Source: Cystobasidiomycetes sp. EMM_F5 (Eukaryota). From it: a stretch of DNA of 64,000 nt. Shown piece by piece: positions 29,396 to 42,684 of the stretch. The notes beneath the pieces were generated by a model. It was not told the origin of the DNA, ran no database searches, and worked only from the letters and a program-made list of their open reading frames with translations. A program made the position numbers and the translations under genes. The DNA is taken from assembly GCA_051047955.1 (NCBI GenBank), contig JBPGPT010000012.1:434001-498000 (forward strand). The letters are read 5' to 3'. The first letter of the stretch is position 1; every line of letters begins with the position of its first letter.

Positions 29396-29574
29396 GCATC
29401 GCTTCGATGTAGCCCGTATTAAGGTCGAGACCCAAGACCTTGAAAGAATGCCATGATATCAGGAGGTCAGCATGCAGTGCAACGGGGTTCAGTATGTTGT
29501 TCGAGTCGTCCAGCAAATCAGAATTATCGAGCGTTACATGGGTCTGCAGGGTGGTTGTGACAATGACTGATGGT

Positions 29575-31355
29575 CTAATTGTACTGCTGATACATGCCAG
29601 ACGAAGAAAATTTGCTACCTTGCCTAATGACTTTTTCGACTGAATCTAAAAAGTCCTTCTCGCTCGCGACCTTTCTCCGGCTTCGGATTGCGTACATTCC
29701 CGCTTCTGTGCATACAGATCGTAATTCTGCACCGGTTGAGTTCGGGCACAACCGTGCGATTAGGTCGAAGCGGATATTCCGCTCCACTGACATGGAACGA
29801 GCGTGAATGCGGAGGATATGAGCTCGGCCATCCTGGTCTGGTAGTGCAAACTCGACGCGTCGATCGATACGACCTGGCCTTAAGAGAGCAGGATCCAGTG
29901 TATCTGGCCTGTTTGTCGCCATGAGGACCTTGATATTGCCGCGCGCATCGAAACCGTCAAGTTGGTTGATGAGTTCCAACATTGTCCTTTGCACTTCATT
30001 GTCTCCGCCTGCACCATCATCGAATCGCGCACCTCCGATAGCATCGACCTCATCGAAAAAGATGATGCATGCCTTTTTCGCACGAGCCATCTCGAACAGT
30101 TCTCTGACCATTCTTGCTCCCTCTCCGACATACTTCTGCACGAGTTCTGAGCCAATGACTCGGATGAATGTTGCATCTGTCCGGTTTGCGACTGCTCGTG
30201 CGCAGAGTGTCTTACCTGTACCAGGTGGGCCGAAGAGGAGGACACCCTTCGGAGGATCGATACCGAGTTTGACGAACCGTTCGGGATGCAGTAATGGCGT
30301 CTCGACTACCTCTCGTAGCTTTTCAATCTGCTCTTTGCAACCGCCTACGTCGGAATAGGTTACGTCTGGCTTCTCCTCGACTTGCATCATTGTAACGGAT
30401 GCGTCAATCTTGGGTGGTAAAGGAATCTTGATGGAGTACTTTTCTCTGACGACGCTGTAGTATGGAACGGTCATTAGTGGAACACGAATGAGAGTATTGT
30501 GAGGAGAAACTCACCCGACTCGCATGCCTTCTTCGATATCGGTACTCGCGACTTTATCGCTCAAACCTACGACATACTTTGCGACTTGTTTGATGTTGAT
30601 GACATACTTGTCCTCCTCGTCTGCGTTTGGTCTCCGTTCACCACCTCCGAGTGCGCCAGCCAGACCTCCCGGCAACCCTCCAGATCCCATTCCCGGAAAT
30701 CCGCCTGGTGGCCCACTTGCCCCGCTACCTCCACTCCCTCCTGCAGCTCCATTCTGCTCCGTTGCAGATCCATTAGTCGCAGACGGCGGCCCAGCGGCTC
30801 TAGCTGCTTCTGCCGCCTCTGCCGCAAGGGTGATGCTGCCCTTGATAATCTTTGTACATCGTGCTACGTGCAGAGGATGTTCTTCGCCCATGCGTTGTTT
30901 ATCTGCAGGAATGTCCCACTGTGTTGCGTTTCAAATTGTAGACATACGTCGAAAGCCGCGTCAGTCAGGTCCAGAATATGTATACAACCCAAATGAAAGC
31001 AATTCACGAACCAGATTCGGAGGAGCGAGGCCAGTATCAGATTCCTTTACGCCCATCTGCTCGTTGACGCGTTTGCGAATCTCTTCAATCTCCTTTTCGA
31101 TGCGTTTCAACTGGCCAGCGTAGGGACCTTGCCCGTACGTCTTGAGCAGCTGGATATCGCCGGCATCGAGGACTTTGATCTTTTCGTCCTTTTGGTCGAC
31201 ATCGGGTTTGGTGTCTGTATAGATTACTCAGTTGATGCTTGAAATGCCAGTATGTCGCCCTCACACTTCTCCCAGTCTCTGTAATCACATCGCCCGACTT
31301 AGCTGTTTGCCGGCGTCAACCTGGAGCAATACTTCGCTCACGCTTTCGGAGGCAT
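29575..31355 (-). CDS. RPT1: 26S proteasome AAA ATPase Rpt1/PSMC2
   Basis: [77 protein letters not shown], end [10 protein letters not shown]. Confidence 0.97.
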
Positions 31356-31521
31356 ACTTGCAAATATTGACAGTCTTCGTTGCCGTTTGGTCGAGTTTGT
31401 CCAATTCCAAGCTGGTCCTTGGGACTTTGAGACGTCAGCCCTCAGTTTCCGACCAAACAGCCCAAAAGTTCTCATATTCTGCTAGTGACACCACTGCCAG
31501 CTCAGGTGAACACTTGCAAAG

Positions 31522-33944
31522 ATGGTGAGGCTGAATCCTGGACTCGGTTGTTTGCATTTTGGCGCTGAGTTGCCGTATCGTTTCATAGGCTGGCGCAATG
31601 CAGAACGCAAAGAAGACGATTCGGATGGACGGTGAGCTGGAAAGCGAGGCGGATTGTGGGCAGTGGATGCTGAGACTTCAACGCAGACGAGGACCGCGAA
31701 TCAAAGTACGGCAAGGTCTTCTCAGTCTCCGGGCCAGTCGTAGTTGCGGAGGATATGGTGGGTACAGATGATGGGTCTGCTGTCGAATGTGAATGCTGAT
31801 GCGGTACTGCAGATTGGTGCAGCAATGTACGAGCTGGTGAGTCCAGACTGCGATGCTGGCTTGCGAAGGCCATTCTGACCCTTTGTCGCAATTCAGGTGC
31901 GAGTCGGACACGATAATCTGGTCGGAGGCGAGTAGTCTCACTGTACACGTTATGTGATGCATATCTGACTGAAAGCTTCCTACAGAAATCATTCGTATTG
32001 ATGGTGCGGGCGATATGCTAGATCTTCTGATAGCGACTTGGCTGATGAGCGCACACCGCGATAGCCGACAAAGTAACAATCCAAGTATATGAGGAAACTG
32101 TATGTCCAATGTCGGATATTCACCAGCATACAAACTGATGCACAATCTTAGTCGGGCATGACAGTCGGCGACCCAGTCCTGAGAACAGGAAAACCACTCT
32201 CAGTCGAATTAGGCCCAGGTATGTCGCAATGCGCTCGTCTACTGGAAATACGCTAAAATGCCGTGTTTAGGATTGATGGGCAACATTTTTGTGAGATTCG
32301 GCCCCCGCCATTATTCATAGCCCGCTGACCCGCCTCTTTCGCAGGACGGAATTCAAAGACCCCTCAAATCCATAGCTGATCTATCCAAGTCCATTTATAT
32401 TCCCCGAGGTATCGACACGGATGCCCTCAGCCGCGACCAGCAGTGGGACTTCACACCAAGCGACTACAAGGTCGGCGACCACATCTCCGGCGGTGATATC
32501 TACGGAACAGTCTATGAGAGTTCTCTGCTCAACTCGCATGCCATCATGTTGGGTCCCAGAGCGAGAGGCACTATTACACATATCGCCGACAAGGGGTCAT
32601 ACACCGTCGATGATGTCGTGCTGGAGACTGAATTTGAGGGCAAGAAGACGGAACACACCATGGCTCAATTGTGGCCTGTTCGTGCGCCGCGACCAATCAA
32701 GGAGAAATTGACGGCAGACTACCCGCTTCTTACTGGTCAACGTGTACTCGATTCGCTTTTCCCTTGCGTCCAAGGTGGTACAACTGCCATCCCAGGCGCG
32801 TTCGGTTGTGGCAAGACTGTCATTTCGCAAGCTGTCTCCAAGTTCTCCAACTCTGACATTATCATTTACGTTGGCTGCGGTGAAAGAGGAAATGAAATGG
32901 CCGAGGTACGGCACCAGCACCGTTTATGTGCGTCAAATCGGACTCGCTAATTGCCGTCGTATCTAGGTACTCATGGACTTCCCACAATTAACGATTGACC
33001 TGAACGGCAAGGAGGAGCCCATTATGAATCGAACTGCTCTCGTAGCCAATACCTCCAATATGCCCGTAGCTGCTCGCGAAGCTTCCATCTACACCGGTAT
33101 CACACTAGCAGAGTACTTCCGTGATCAGGGCAAAAACGTTGCCATGATGGCCGACTCTACCTCGCGATGGGCCGAGGCGTTGCGTGAGATTTCTGGTCGT
33201 CTGGCAGAGATGCCAGCAGATTCTGGATACCCAGCCTACCTCGGTGCCAAGCTTGCGTCCTTTTACGAGCGAGCGGGTAAAGCTGCGTGTATCGGCTCAC
33301 CGACCAGAGATGGCAGTGTGACGATTGTCGGAGCCGTATCGCCACCAGGAGGTGACTTTTCAGATCCAGTCACGACTGCCACTTTGGGTATTGTGCAAGT
33401 CTTCTGGGGTCTTGATAAGAAGCTTGCACAGCGCAAACACTTCCCGTCTGTGAATTGGAATCTGTCATACTCGAAGTACATGAACATCCTAGCGCCGTAC
33501 TATCAAAAGACGGAGCCGACCTTTATTGAAGCGCGTAGCAAGTGCAGTGAGATTCTACAGAAGGAAGACGAGCTGGCCGAGATTGTACAATTGGTCGGTA
33601 AATCTGCCCTGTCCGAGGGAGACAAGGTAACTCTGGATGTCGCGCGGCTCATCAAGGACGATTACTTGCAACAGAACGGTATCTCACTGTACGACCGATA
33701 CTGCCCCTTCTACAAGACGCACGGCATGTTGCGAAATCTGATGGCCTACTACAACTTGGCACAAGCGGCAGTCGAGAATGGGGATATCACTTGGGCAAAG
33801 GCAAGAGAAGCTACCCAACAGCAGTGGAATGAGCTGCAACGCATGAAGTTTGAGGATCCAGCGCAGGGCGAGGAGGATATCAAGCAGAAGTACAAGGCGC
33901 TCTACGATTCTATAGAGCAAGCCTTCAGGACCTTGACAGATTAG
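31522..33944 (+). CDS. VMA1: V-type proton ATPase catalytic subunit A, intein-free
   Basis: ATG-only first exon, then [88 protein letters not shown]. Confidence 0.97.
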
Positions 33945-34142
33945 ATGGACCCGAGGAACGCAGTTACATTCGCATACTCGAGCGACAATTAGTCTTGTCC
34001 AAGATCATTCGCTGTGTTGTAGCATCAATAGACTCTCGTATACTGGCTGGCGTTGCTGCCGGATTCGATCACCTCTTTGCGCGTTGTTTATGACAGCTCG
34101 CGTGCCGCTTCAGCGTTGCATTATCGAGCAAATCAGACAGCC

Positions 34143-37100
34143 ATGCCGTTCAGGAAGCTGCCTCCAGGCAATCCAGAATGGATCGGCATCCTCGAGGTGA
34201 GCCGTAAAGTGCTGCACAAATGGCTAATGGACGCGTTTCAACATTCGGAAAACAAAACAGGAGGAGGTGGAAAAGCTGCTGGCGAAAGATCCAGAGAGCA
34301 AGGTTGTCTACTCGTACAAGAGGGTCAGGATTGGTGCGGTACAGCCATTAGTTGGAATATGCTGAGAATTTGCCTTGCCAGGCTATTGCTGCACTCAAGG
34401 ATATCCATGATCCCATACCGTTCCCTGGAGCAATTAAAGTCTCTTATCTTGGACCTAAGGTGATTCACAGCATTTCTCGGAGGCACATGTCTAGGCTTAC
34501 CTGAATAATGCCGTGACAGATGACTCAACTGATAGCCAAGCGCTTGCAAGCAGGCTATACCCTTACTCCATCCAGCTCGCAAGGTAGCGAAGACATGTAC
34601 GAACATCATAGTAATGGTAAGTTAGCGTATTTTATTGGCGAACTCCGTCTGAGGTGCGGTTTGATATAGCGTTCGGCATCGACTTGAATGCGGGGTTGGA
34701 TGCATCATTCAAATTCAAGACAGGCGTGCCTCGCTCAAAGGCCGCAAATGGCAAAGAACCTGCAGGTCCGCGCCAGAAGAAGCGCAAGAGTCGATCGTCC
34801 GACAGCGAGAACGAAACAGCAGCTCTGGTTGATACTCGATGGAAGCCAGCCGACGGCTCGAACGCACACTCGCTGCTCGTTGCATTCTATGCGCAATGCG
34901 TACCGCAAACGCAGAGGATATGGATGGAAGCAGATTTACTCTACGCCCTCGCGCAGCAATGGGGTCACAAGGCTATGGTGCCCAGACAGGTCTGGCCGGC
35001 CAACACGTCTTTGCGTCATTCGGGACGAGTGTTGATCAACTGGTTGTGAAAGGCTACGTCTACAAGAACTCGACCTTGAGGCCAGAGCAATTTGCTCTTA
35101 CCGGTCCTGGCTATATTGTGGCCGAACGATGCGCTATCGAGAAAGGCTGTCCTAGGAACATTATTGTGACTAATGATGTGAACGTGCCGTGGCATGCACC
35201 ACGAATTGTGCCACCGCCCATTCCGGAACCTGCTGGTCTCGCTAATACCAGCTCGGGTGCCCCTTTGGAATCAGATCGCTATTCCATGCTATTCTCTTCA
35301 GCGGCAGCACCATCGTCGAGCTTACCAGACGATGTACTGCCTCCCGTGGTTGCACCGGTCAAGCCGCTAGCGAAAAAGTATGCCACCGGTCAATTTGCCA
35401 GCGTGTACAAGCCTGCACAGACTACCGTGACAGCTCCGGCCGCAGATCGTATGTGTGCTGAGTTTTGAGACTTGGAGTCCAGCTTCTAACGCTTGAAGCA
35501 ACAGAGCTACCTTTTTCATTTGCTTACCTTACAGCTGGTGAGTTGTGACAATGCCGGTCTGGCAGAGAACGAGCTGATCCACCTCCCGTGTTCAAAGGCA
35601 ATGTACGAGTAAAGACACAGGGCGAAGCAGATTATAAACAGGATCAAGCGACCTGTGCGTTTTGCAGCCGTTAGCTCGCAAACCTGACTGCTGATCTGAT
35701 CTGTATGTAAAAAAACAGTCGACATGATGTACAAAGTTGAGTTTCGCTCGAAGCAAGCTCGACATCCGCTTGCCCGGCTTGTTCAAGAAACGGCCGTCCT
35801 GCGGAGGGACCCACCTGATCCTCACGGCGCCACCGAGATGGGATGGTTACCAGCGAGTAAAGCTGTGAAGAAATGTCCTGGTCTCGATGTCGCCGCGGCT
35901 GCTGTGCAGAAACCAAATGCAACAACCAAGTTTGGCGATCTGTTGGCGGGCGCTAAAAAGCAAGCTGCCGACGATAAAAGGGCCATGTACAAATTGCCGC
36001 CATCATCCGCACCTGTTCCATCTAGTAGCCATGCCTCCACGTCATCTTCTCCCGCCATTCACGCTACGAGCTCTTCACTATTTCCTGAGAGAAAGCATGA
36101 GCAGCTACATGTCAAGGACACTCCTGTACCGCCTACAGCACCAATAAAGGCATTATCCCAAAGGAAAGAAGGGCCAAGCGTTTATAGCACAGCAGATCGT
36201 GAACGACAAGCTGCTGTCGACATGGAATCACGCCAGGGCGCTGCACCTGCCGTGCTGCCATCCGGTCTTACTTCAAACGCGGATGTGAAGCCGAATTTTG
36301 CCGCAAAGAACAATGAAGGCAATCATCCTCAGCTGCATCCGGTCGACACGACCCAGATAGGCCCTGTCGCCTTCACGCGACCACCTATGGCACATACTTT
36401 GATGATGCCGGTCGCACTGAAGCAAGTAATGAGACGTGAAATGCCTGCAGGATTCAGGTAAGCCTCGAGCCAATCCAATGTGCAGACCGACCACTAACTA
36501 TATATTTGCAGATCAAAAAGGATAGAGCCCGATAATTACACCGTAGAGGTGCTCATCGATGAGCGAGAGAAGCTCATCTTCGCTGCGTTGCAAAAGAAAT
36601 TGGCTCAATTCGGGATTCCAAGCACGAAACAAGTGCTCAAACTGGGAGACTATGTATGGATTGCTACACGAAACATTCCGCTTGGAGACAAATGTACGCA
36701 TGACGTTGATCACGATGGGAATGCAGCTGACTGCTTTCGTAGATGATACGATTATACTGGCTATCTGTGAGCGCAAACGCCGGGATGACTTCGTCAACTG
36801 TATCAAAGTGCGGGTGTATGTTTCTGGAGATTGTCGCAAAGCTGATTTGTTATGCACAGAGCGAAACGTATAAGAACCAGAAGGTAGATTGGCTGGGTCA
36901 AAGCCCGACCTTCCGATACTGACTGTCCTCGAACAGCAACGCATCATAGAGTCTGGTATTCGCAAAGCTTTCTATATGGTGGAAGATTACAATATTGCAG
37001 ACACTGCGCACAAGACGACTTTCATGAAGGCCATGGCAACCTCAATGGCACAAAGCCTGATCGTAGAGTCAGTGTCTACTCCGAAAACTACGTAGTAAGA

Positions 37101-37810
37101 GCTGATTGTCTTGTCAAATGTAAGTGATTTCAAGGTCAACCTGGTCTCATCCGAACGCGACGCTGTCAACTTCCTTACGGGGGTTACTGTCGCTCTCAAA
37201 TCGGATCTCGCTGTACGAAGCTTTGTTAGGGATGCTCCATTACTGTTTACTCACCGCTTTATCATGCCAGGGGAAAAGCCTAGATGTTATTCCGAATGAT
37301 TGGCCACATCAAGGAAATCTAAGCGGCTTGCAGGCCCTGTTGCAAGAAGCCGATCCTCAACGAACGTATTATATATCTCTGGATATGTATGAAGTCCTCG
37401 GCGGCAAAAAGCGGAGTATACGCTCCACTTGGTCGAAGATGATACGCTGCGTCAATGGTGAGTACCCATGACTGTCCGATCACTCAGTGCTGATGTCCCG
37501 CGTTGACTGGGTCGTAGGTTTCAGCGAGGAAATGACAATCGACTTTCTTGAGCATTATCCAACGCCAAACAGGGCCATTGAGGCAGTCGCTCGACGCTGT
37601 CAATACGGGCAAATCATCGACGAAGAGCAACAGCATGCGGAACGACCAGCAAAGCGCTCCAAAGTTCCGGAGCTTGGTTCTCGGGAGTTGATGTTTAAGC
37701 ATAAATTGGATAGACCAGGTCAAGCGCGACAATTAACGATCCCTGCTTCCACGAGAATGTGGAATCTCTTCGCACAGGACGACTATCCTGCGACGGATGT
37801 ATCCGCATAG
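34143..37810 (+). CDS. MUS81: Crossover junction endonuclease Mus81 (divergent; apparent frameshift near 34980)
   Basis: N-terminal HhH-like region, winged helix (WKPADGSNAHSLLVAF...LVVKGYVYK), ERCC4 domain (VLIDERE, LKLGDYVWIA, ICERKRRDDF, YKNQK, FYMVEDY), C-terminal HhH (WSKMIRCVNGFSEE..LEHYPTP). Confidence 0.8.
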
Positions 37811-38062
37811 CAGTTAACGCGTTGTATATTCGCACGGTGATATTCGAACGCGACGCTCGAACGCACCGCTGAACTTGTTTACGGTACCGGTGTAATCCGT
37901 CACGTGACCGTAACGCGCGGGACCGCGGGACGCGAGCCGACAGTGGCAAACGTCATTTGGAGCAAGGCTGACAGAAAATCGCGACAAAGTAATGATCCGC
38001 TGCTTTTCTGCGCAAGGCTCTGCTCTTCTCTGTCACAACAAACTCTCACTGAGCATTCAATC

Positions 38063-39578
38063 ATGGACGTAGTCGGACAGAAGATAACATTCTCCAATGG
38101 CGTCGAAGCCATCAACAGGACTCTCAAATCAGCAATGACGGAGCGTCTCTGCACATGGGGCATAGAATTGAATACTCGTGGTCATCCTACCGACGAATAC
38201 ACGCATCTGTACAAATTGGTGAGCAAGAAGCTCGGACCGGAGAAGCATATTCTCCCACTGATTATCTGTTTCTGCTGTAGTGGGGCGAAGGACAAGTCGG
38301 AGTGTGTGTATTTGGAAACGTTCCCTGTGATGTCAGATATCCGGAAGCAGCGGGCAACATGTGTTTGGACCCGGAAGCCAGTCCAAAGGATATTGCAGAA
38401 AAGTTCAAGCCAGCAGTTCAGGCCGCTAAGGCACATGGCTCGCTGGCCATCATTCAGCTCACGCATGCAGGGTACGTGTCGCTTTCAAATCAGCGCGCTT
38501 TGCTTACGGAATCGTCATTGCAGGCGCCAAACACCCGACTTTATCGCTCCAACACCAGTGTCCGCCTCGGAAACGCAATCTCCATCGCTAGGGGGCATGA
38601 CTTTTGGCCACGCTCGGGCTCTTACTATTGAAGAGATAGAAGACATTGTTCGCCGTTTCGCTTGGGCGGCCAAAAAGTCCCAAGAGGCAGGAGCAGATGG
38701 TGTACAGGTGATTGCCCTCGCACCACAGATACCCTTCAAAATGTATGCTGACATCAGACCCAGCTCCATTGTGCTCATGGTTATCTCTGTAGTCAGTTCT
38801 GCTCGCCAAAAATCAACAAGCGCACTGACCGATATGGCGGGTCTCTCGAAAACCGTACCCGGATTTTGTTCGAGATCTTTGATGCCATCAAGGCAGAGAT
38901 CAACGACCCGAAGTTCCTGCTGAGCATAAAGATCAACTCTCAGGATGTGAGTTTCGACGGCGTCTAGGTAATGATGTATGCTGACATATGATATACCCCC
39001 AGTTCATCGAGGGCGGCTTCAACGAGGATGAGAGTCGCGAGACTTGTCAAAAGCTAGAGGAGGCGGGTGTGCATCTTATCGAGCTTTCGGGAGGTACATA
39101 CGAGAGCATGGCATTCTCTCACAAGAAGGACTCTACCAAGAAGAGGGAGGCATTCTTCATTGAGTTTGCTGAGAGACTTCGACCGCACATCAAGACGGCC
39201 AAACTCGCCGTTACCGGTGGTTTCCGCTCCGTGGAAGCCATGTCGCAAGCCATCAGGGAGGGAAGCTGCGATATCGTTGGCCTAGCCAGGCCATTGACGT
39301 TAGAGACGGATCTACCAAGGAACATAGTGTCTGGTCAAAGCAAGGGCGCGAAACTAAATCTCACAAATGAGTCCACCCAGACCGCGTCGTCCTACTATGC
39401 TCTTGGTGAAATTGGACACGGCAAACCTGCACCCGACTTTTCAAACGAAGAGACTGCCAAATTAGTGGATGCAGCCATTCAAAAAGATCCCGCAGGGGCC
39501 TTCAAATTCAGACCGCAGCTGGGTGACAATCCCACCAACGAGCTTCACTTTGTATCGCCTCCTGCAGTCAAGGCATAA
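38063..39578 (+). CDS. NADH:flavin oxidoreductase / old yellow enzyme family
   Basis: [86 protein letters not shown]. Confidence 0.92.
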
Positions 39579-39870
39579 AAGCATGACCATCATCGGATAA
39601 AATCTTGTAGCCAAATGATATTTACAACCACAGAATCCTAGACATGCACAATGACGTCGCTACGATGCATTGCGTGGGGTTACTTTGACAGAACAGCCTC
39701 CACTCGATAAAACGGATTCGTGCCTCGTTGGCCTGCCGCATTTGCCACCTTCTTGCCGGGGCACACGATGATTGCCGATTACACATCAGGGGCTGCTCGC
39801 TACTTTGCGCCTTTGAACCACATACAATGTTAGATTGCTGCTGAAGCATCTGAGATTTCAAGATCTTGCC

Positions 39871-41855
39871 ATGGACTCGTCAAGAAGCAGCGTCACGCTG
39901 GCAGAATCGGCGATGGACTCTTGTCATGGTATCTCTGGCGACATCGCTAATGGGCTGGCTCTGCACGGGGTAACGCAGAACAAGACTTTGAGCGCGCAAA
40001 AGCCGGTGCAAGAAGCTGCGGCCTGTGCTGCTTGTATGTCGCCAGAAGTTACCGAAGCTTTCGAAAAATTGGCCTTGAAAGGCGAGGGGCGTCCCCTGCT
40101 TCAAGCGAGAAGGGTCACCCAGCAAGAACAATCCTTCTCTCCATTTACACGCCTCGAAAAGGTCGTTACGCCGAAAGGCGAATTGATCTACGTCGGATGG
40201 GATGGCGATTCTGACCCGGAAAACCCGCGCAATTGGCCATCTCGTCGTAAATGGTTCCTCTCGATTCTGGGCTTCACCTTCACAGCGTAGGTTCCCGTTC
40301 TGTGTTTGAATCGTCGCGCTGACGCCTGCTATGCGCGTAGCTTTGTGTCAATAACAGTATCCGGCTACAGTATTACCGTCGGTTCGATAACCGAAGAGCT
40401 ACATACATCTCGCGAGCTGGCATTGCTTGGGATCACGACATTTACGTTGACTTTCGGAATTGCGCCCCTAATCCTGGCGCCGCTGTCCGAAGTTTGGGGC
40501 AGGAGGTGGATCACCATTGGCTCTGCGTTTGTCTTTTTCATCTTTCATCTACCGCAAGCTTTAGCACCGAATATATCCTGCATGGTCATTGCTAGATTCC
40601 TTGCAGGAATAGGTGGCTCGACCGCAATCTCCCTGGTCGGAGGTATGCTCAGCGATTTGTTCAGCAACGAAGACCGAGGAATACCAATGGCGGCTTTCAG
40701 GTAACGGCACGATTTACGGATTTTCCCCATCGATTCTGACATGCTACGACCTTGACCAGCTTCGCAGCATTCGCCCCTACAGGTTGCGGACCGATTTTGG
40801 GCGGATATATTGCTCAAGAAAGAGGATTTCGACTGTTCTTTTGGATCATTTTTGCCCTTACTGGGGTTTTCACAATCTTTCTGCTGTTCTTGATGAAGGA
40901 GACGCGCGAAAGTGTGCTTTTATCAGCCAAAGCCAAGCGTCTACGGCTCAAGTCAGGCGATAAACGCTTTGTTGCTCAAGCAGACGAAGAACGTGCATCA
41001 TTGGCAGTGATAATGAAGGTCGCACTCACACGACCTGTCAGACTCTTCTTCACGGAGCCTGTTCTGCAGGCCTTTACGATATGGCTCAGCTTCGCCTGTA
41101 AGCTCAAGCAGATATTGCAATATATTGCGACGCTTATATGTCTCGCATACGCAGGGGCTGTTTTATATCTACTGCTTGTATCTATTCCTATCATCTTTAC
41201 CGAAGTGTATGCATTCAGTATAGGCCAAGTCGGCCTCGTTTACATCACCCAAATTGTCGGCTCAGTTGCGGGAACAGTGATATGCCTATGGGGCGACAAG
41301 ATGTACCATCGGCATTTCGACACCCATGGGCCCGAAGCGCGGATGTGGACGGGGATGTCTGGCGGTATCCTATTTCCACTAGGATGCTGGATATTTACAT
41401 GGACGAGCTGGAAGTTCGTTCACTGGATTGTGCCATGTATCGGCGTAACCATCCTCTATGCTGGCCTTCTGTTGATATACCTGACCGCTTTCAACTACAT
41501 CAGCGACTGCTGGACGATGTACGCTGCATCAGCTTTAGCTGCCAGTACGTCATAGCCGATTTGACCATACGATACCACGCTGACATGGGTGCTGTGAACA
41601 GTGAATGTGTGGCGAAACGTTGTTGGAGCGGTCTTTCCGCTCTTTGGGGTTCAGACATATGACGCATTAGGCATCCACGGAGCAGGCTCTCTCGTGGCAG
41701 GGATCGCGACTTTGCTGGCATTGGTTCCAATCGTGGCATACAAGTACGGGGGACGACTGCGAGCTCAATCTCGCTACGCAAAAGAGTTGCTCGCTCGTGA
41801 GAACGAAGCCAAGAATGTAAAATCTGAGCAGAATCAAACAGTTGGACAAGTTTGA
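39871..41855 (+). CDS. MFS transporter, DHA1 drug:H+ antiporter family
   Basis: VGWDGDSDPENPRNWPSRRKW, APLSEVWGRR, GGMLSDLF..EDRG, MKET, RP..LFFTEP, PEAR, YISDCW.MYAASALAA, YGGRLRAQS. Confidence 0.93.
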
Positions 41856-42088
41856 TGGATTCGCATGTAGAAAAACGAGATTGTTTCGCCCATCCTTGAA
41901 GACGGTAGACGCATAAGAAGTAGTCCAGTCATTTAGCAAATAGCAGTATACTGTAGCCGTACTCTGTAACAATATGCACAACGCACAGCTTATCTCCGCC
42001 TTTGCGCTAATTTTCACAGTAACGTAATGAAGGCTTCCCTACGGAACGGCTCATCTTGCTCTAACCAGCTCCAGTACGCTGCGCTAGC

Positions 42089-42602
42089 ATGACGATAAAG
42101 GAGACAATCAAGCATGTCGCTGCCAAGGTAGACAAGGTGGTATCTGGATTCGACGATGAGAAGGAGAAGAAGTCAGTCGCCTCATGCACGCACCGATAAG
42201 CCGCTATCGAGCACCGTCTAACCTGCCGGATACACAGGAACCCAGGCGAGCTCGAAGTCAATCCTCACGTCAAGGCAGTCAACAATGAGCTACCGACTAT
42301 TGACCATTCTCGGGTAAAAGCCTTGTTTTGTGATATTCGAGCCAACTCTCGACTGACAACGATCACGTGACCAGGACGCTGCCCTAAACCAGGTTATTAA
42401 TCCTGCTGTAAGACAGTTTCGTGGTGAAAAGACTTGATTTCCAGCTTACGCAACGATCTCATCACAGGGAGATCAAGTCCATCAGCCCCCCGGTCACAAA
42501 GTCAGTTTCGTGCCTAGGATGTTCGGAGCGACATGCGAGACTGATTGCCATACTTCATTGCAGCAATCTCGGGATCATCCCATTGCAGATCCCAACGTTT
42601 AG
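42089..42602 (+). CDS. Small hydrophilic hypothetical protein, 87 aa, 5 exons (absent from the ORF track)
   Basis: Four short introns with donors GTCAGT, GTAAAA, GTAAGA, GTCAGT, branch-like CTAAC/CTGAC/CTCAT/CTGAT and CAG acceptors splice into one open frame MTIKETIKHV...PIADPNV*. Confidence 0.72.
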
Positions 42603-42684
42603 CAATAATATAACACCGCCAGTACATTTTGTGGCTGAAGCCATGATGACCTTCTTCGATTTGGCTAGCATTGGATTATCGCAA

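Noticed and set aside
32860..32905. VDE/PI-SceI intein in VMA1
   Set aside because: The insertion site [13 protein letters not shown] is uninterrupted; the break after 32905 is an ordinary short intron.
37899..37908. GTCACGTGAC palindrome upstream of the old yellow enzyme gene
   Set aside because: A plausible bHLH site, but a single 10-mer without supporting evidence.
37904..38923. 339-aa ORF as a separate gene
   Set aside because: It is a read-through mosaic of old yellow enzyme exons, introns and off-frame sequence.
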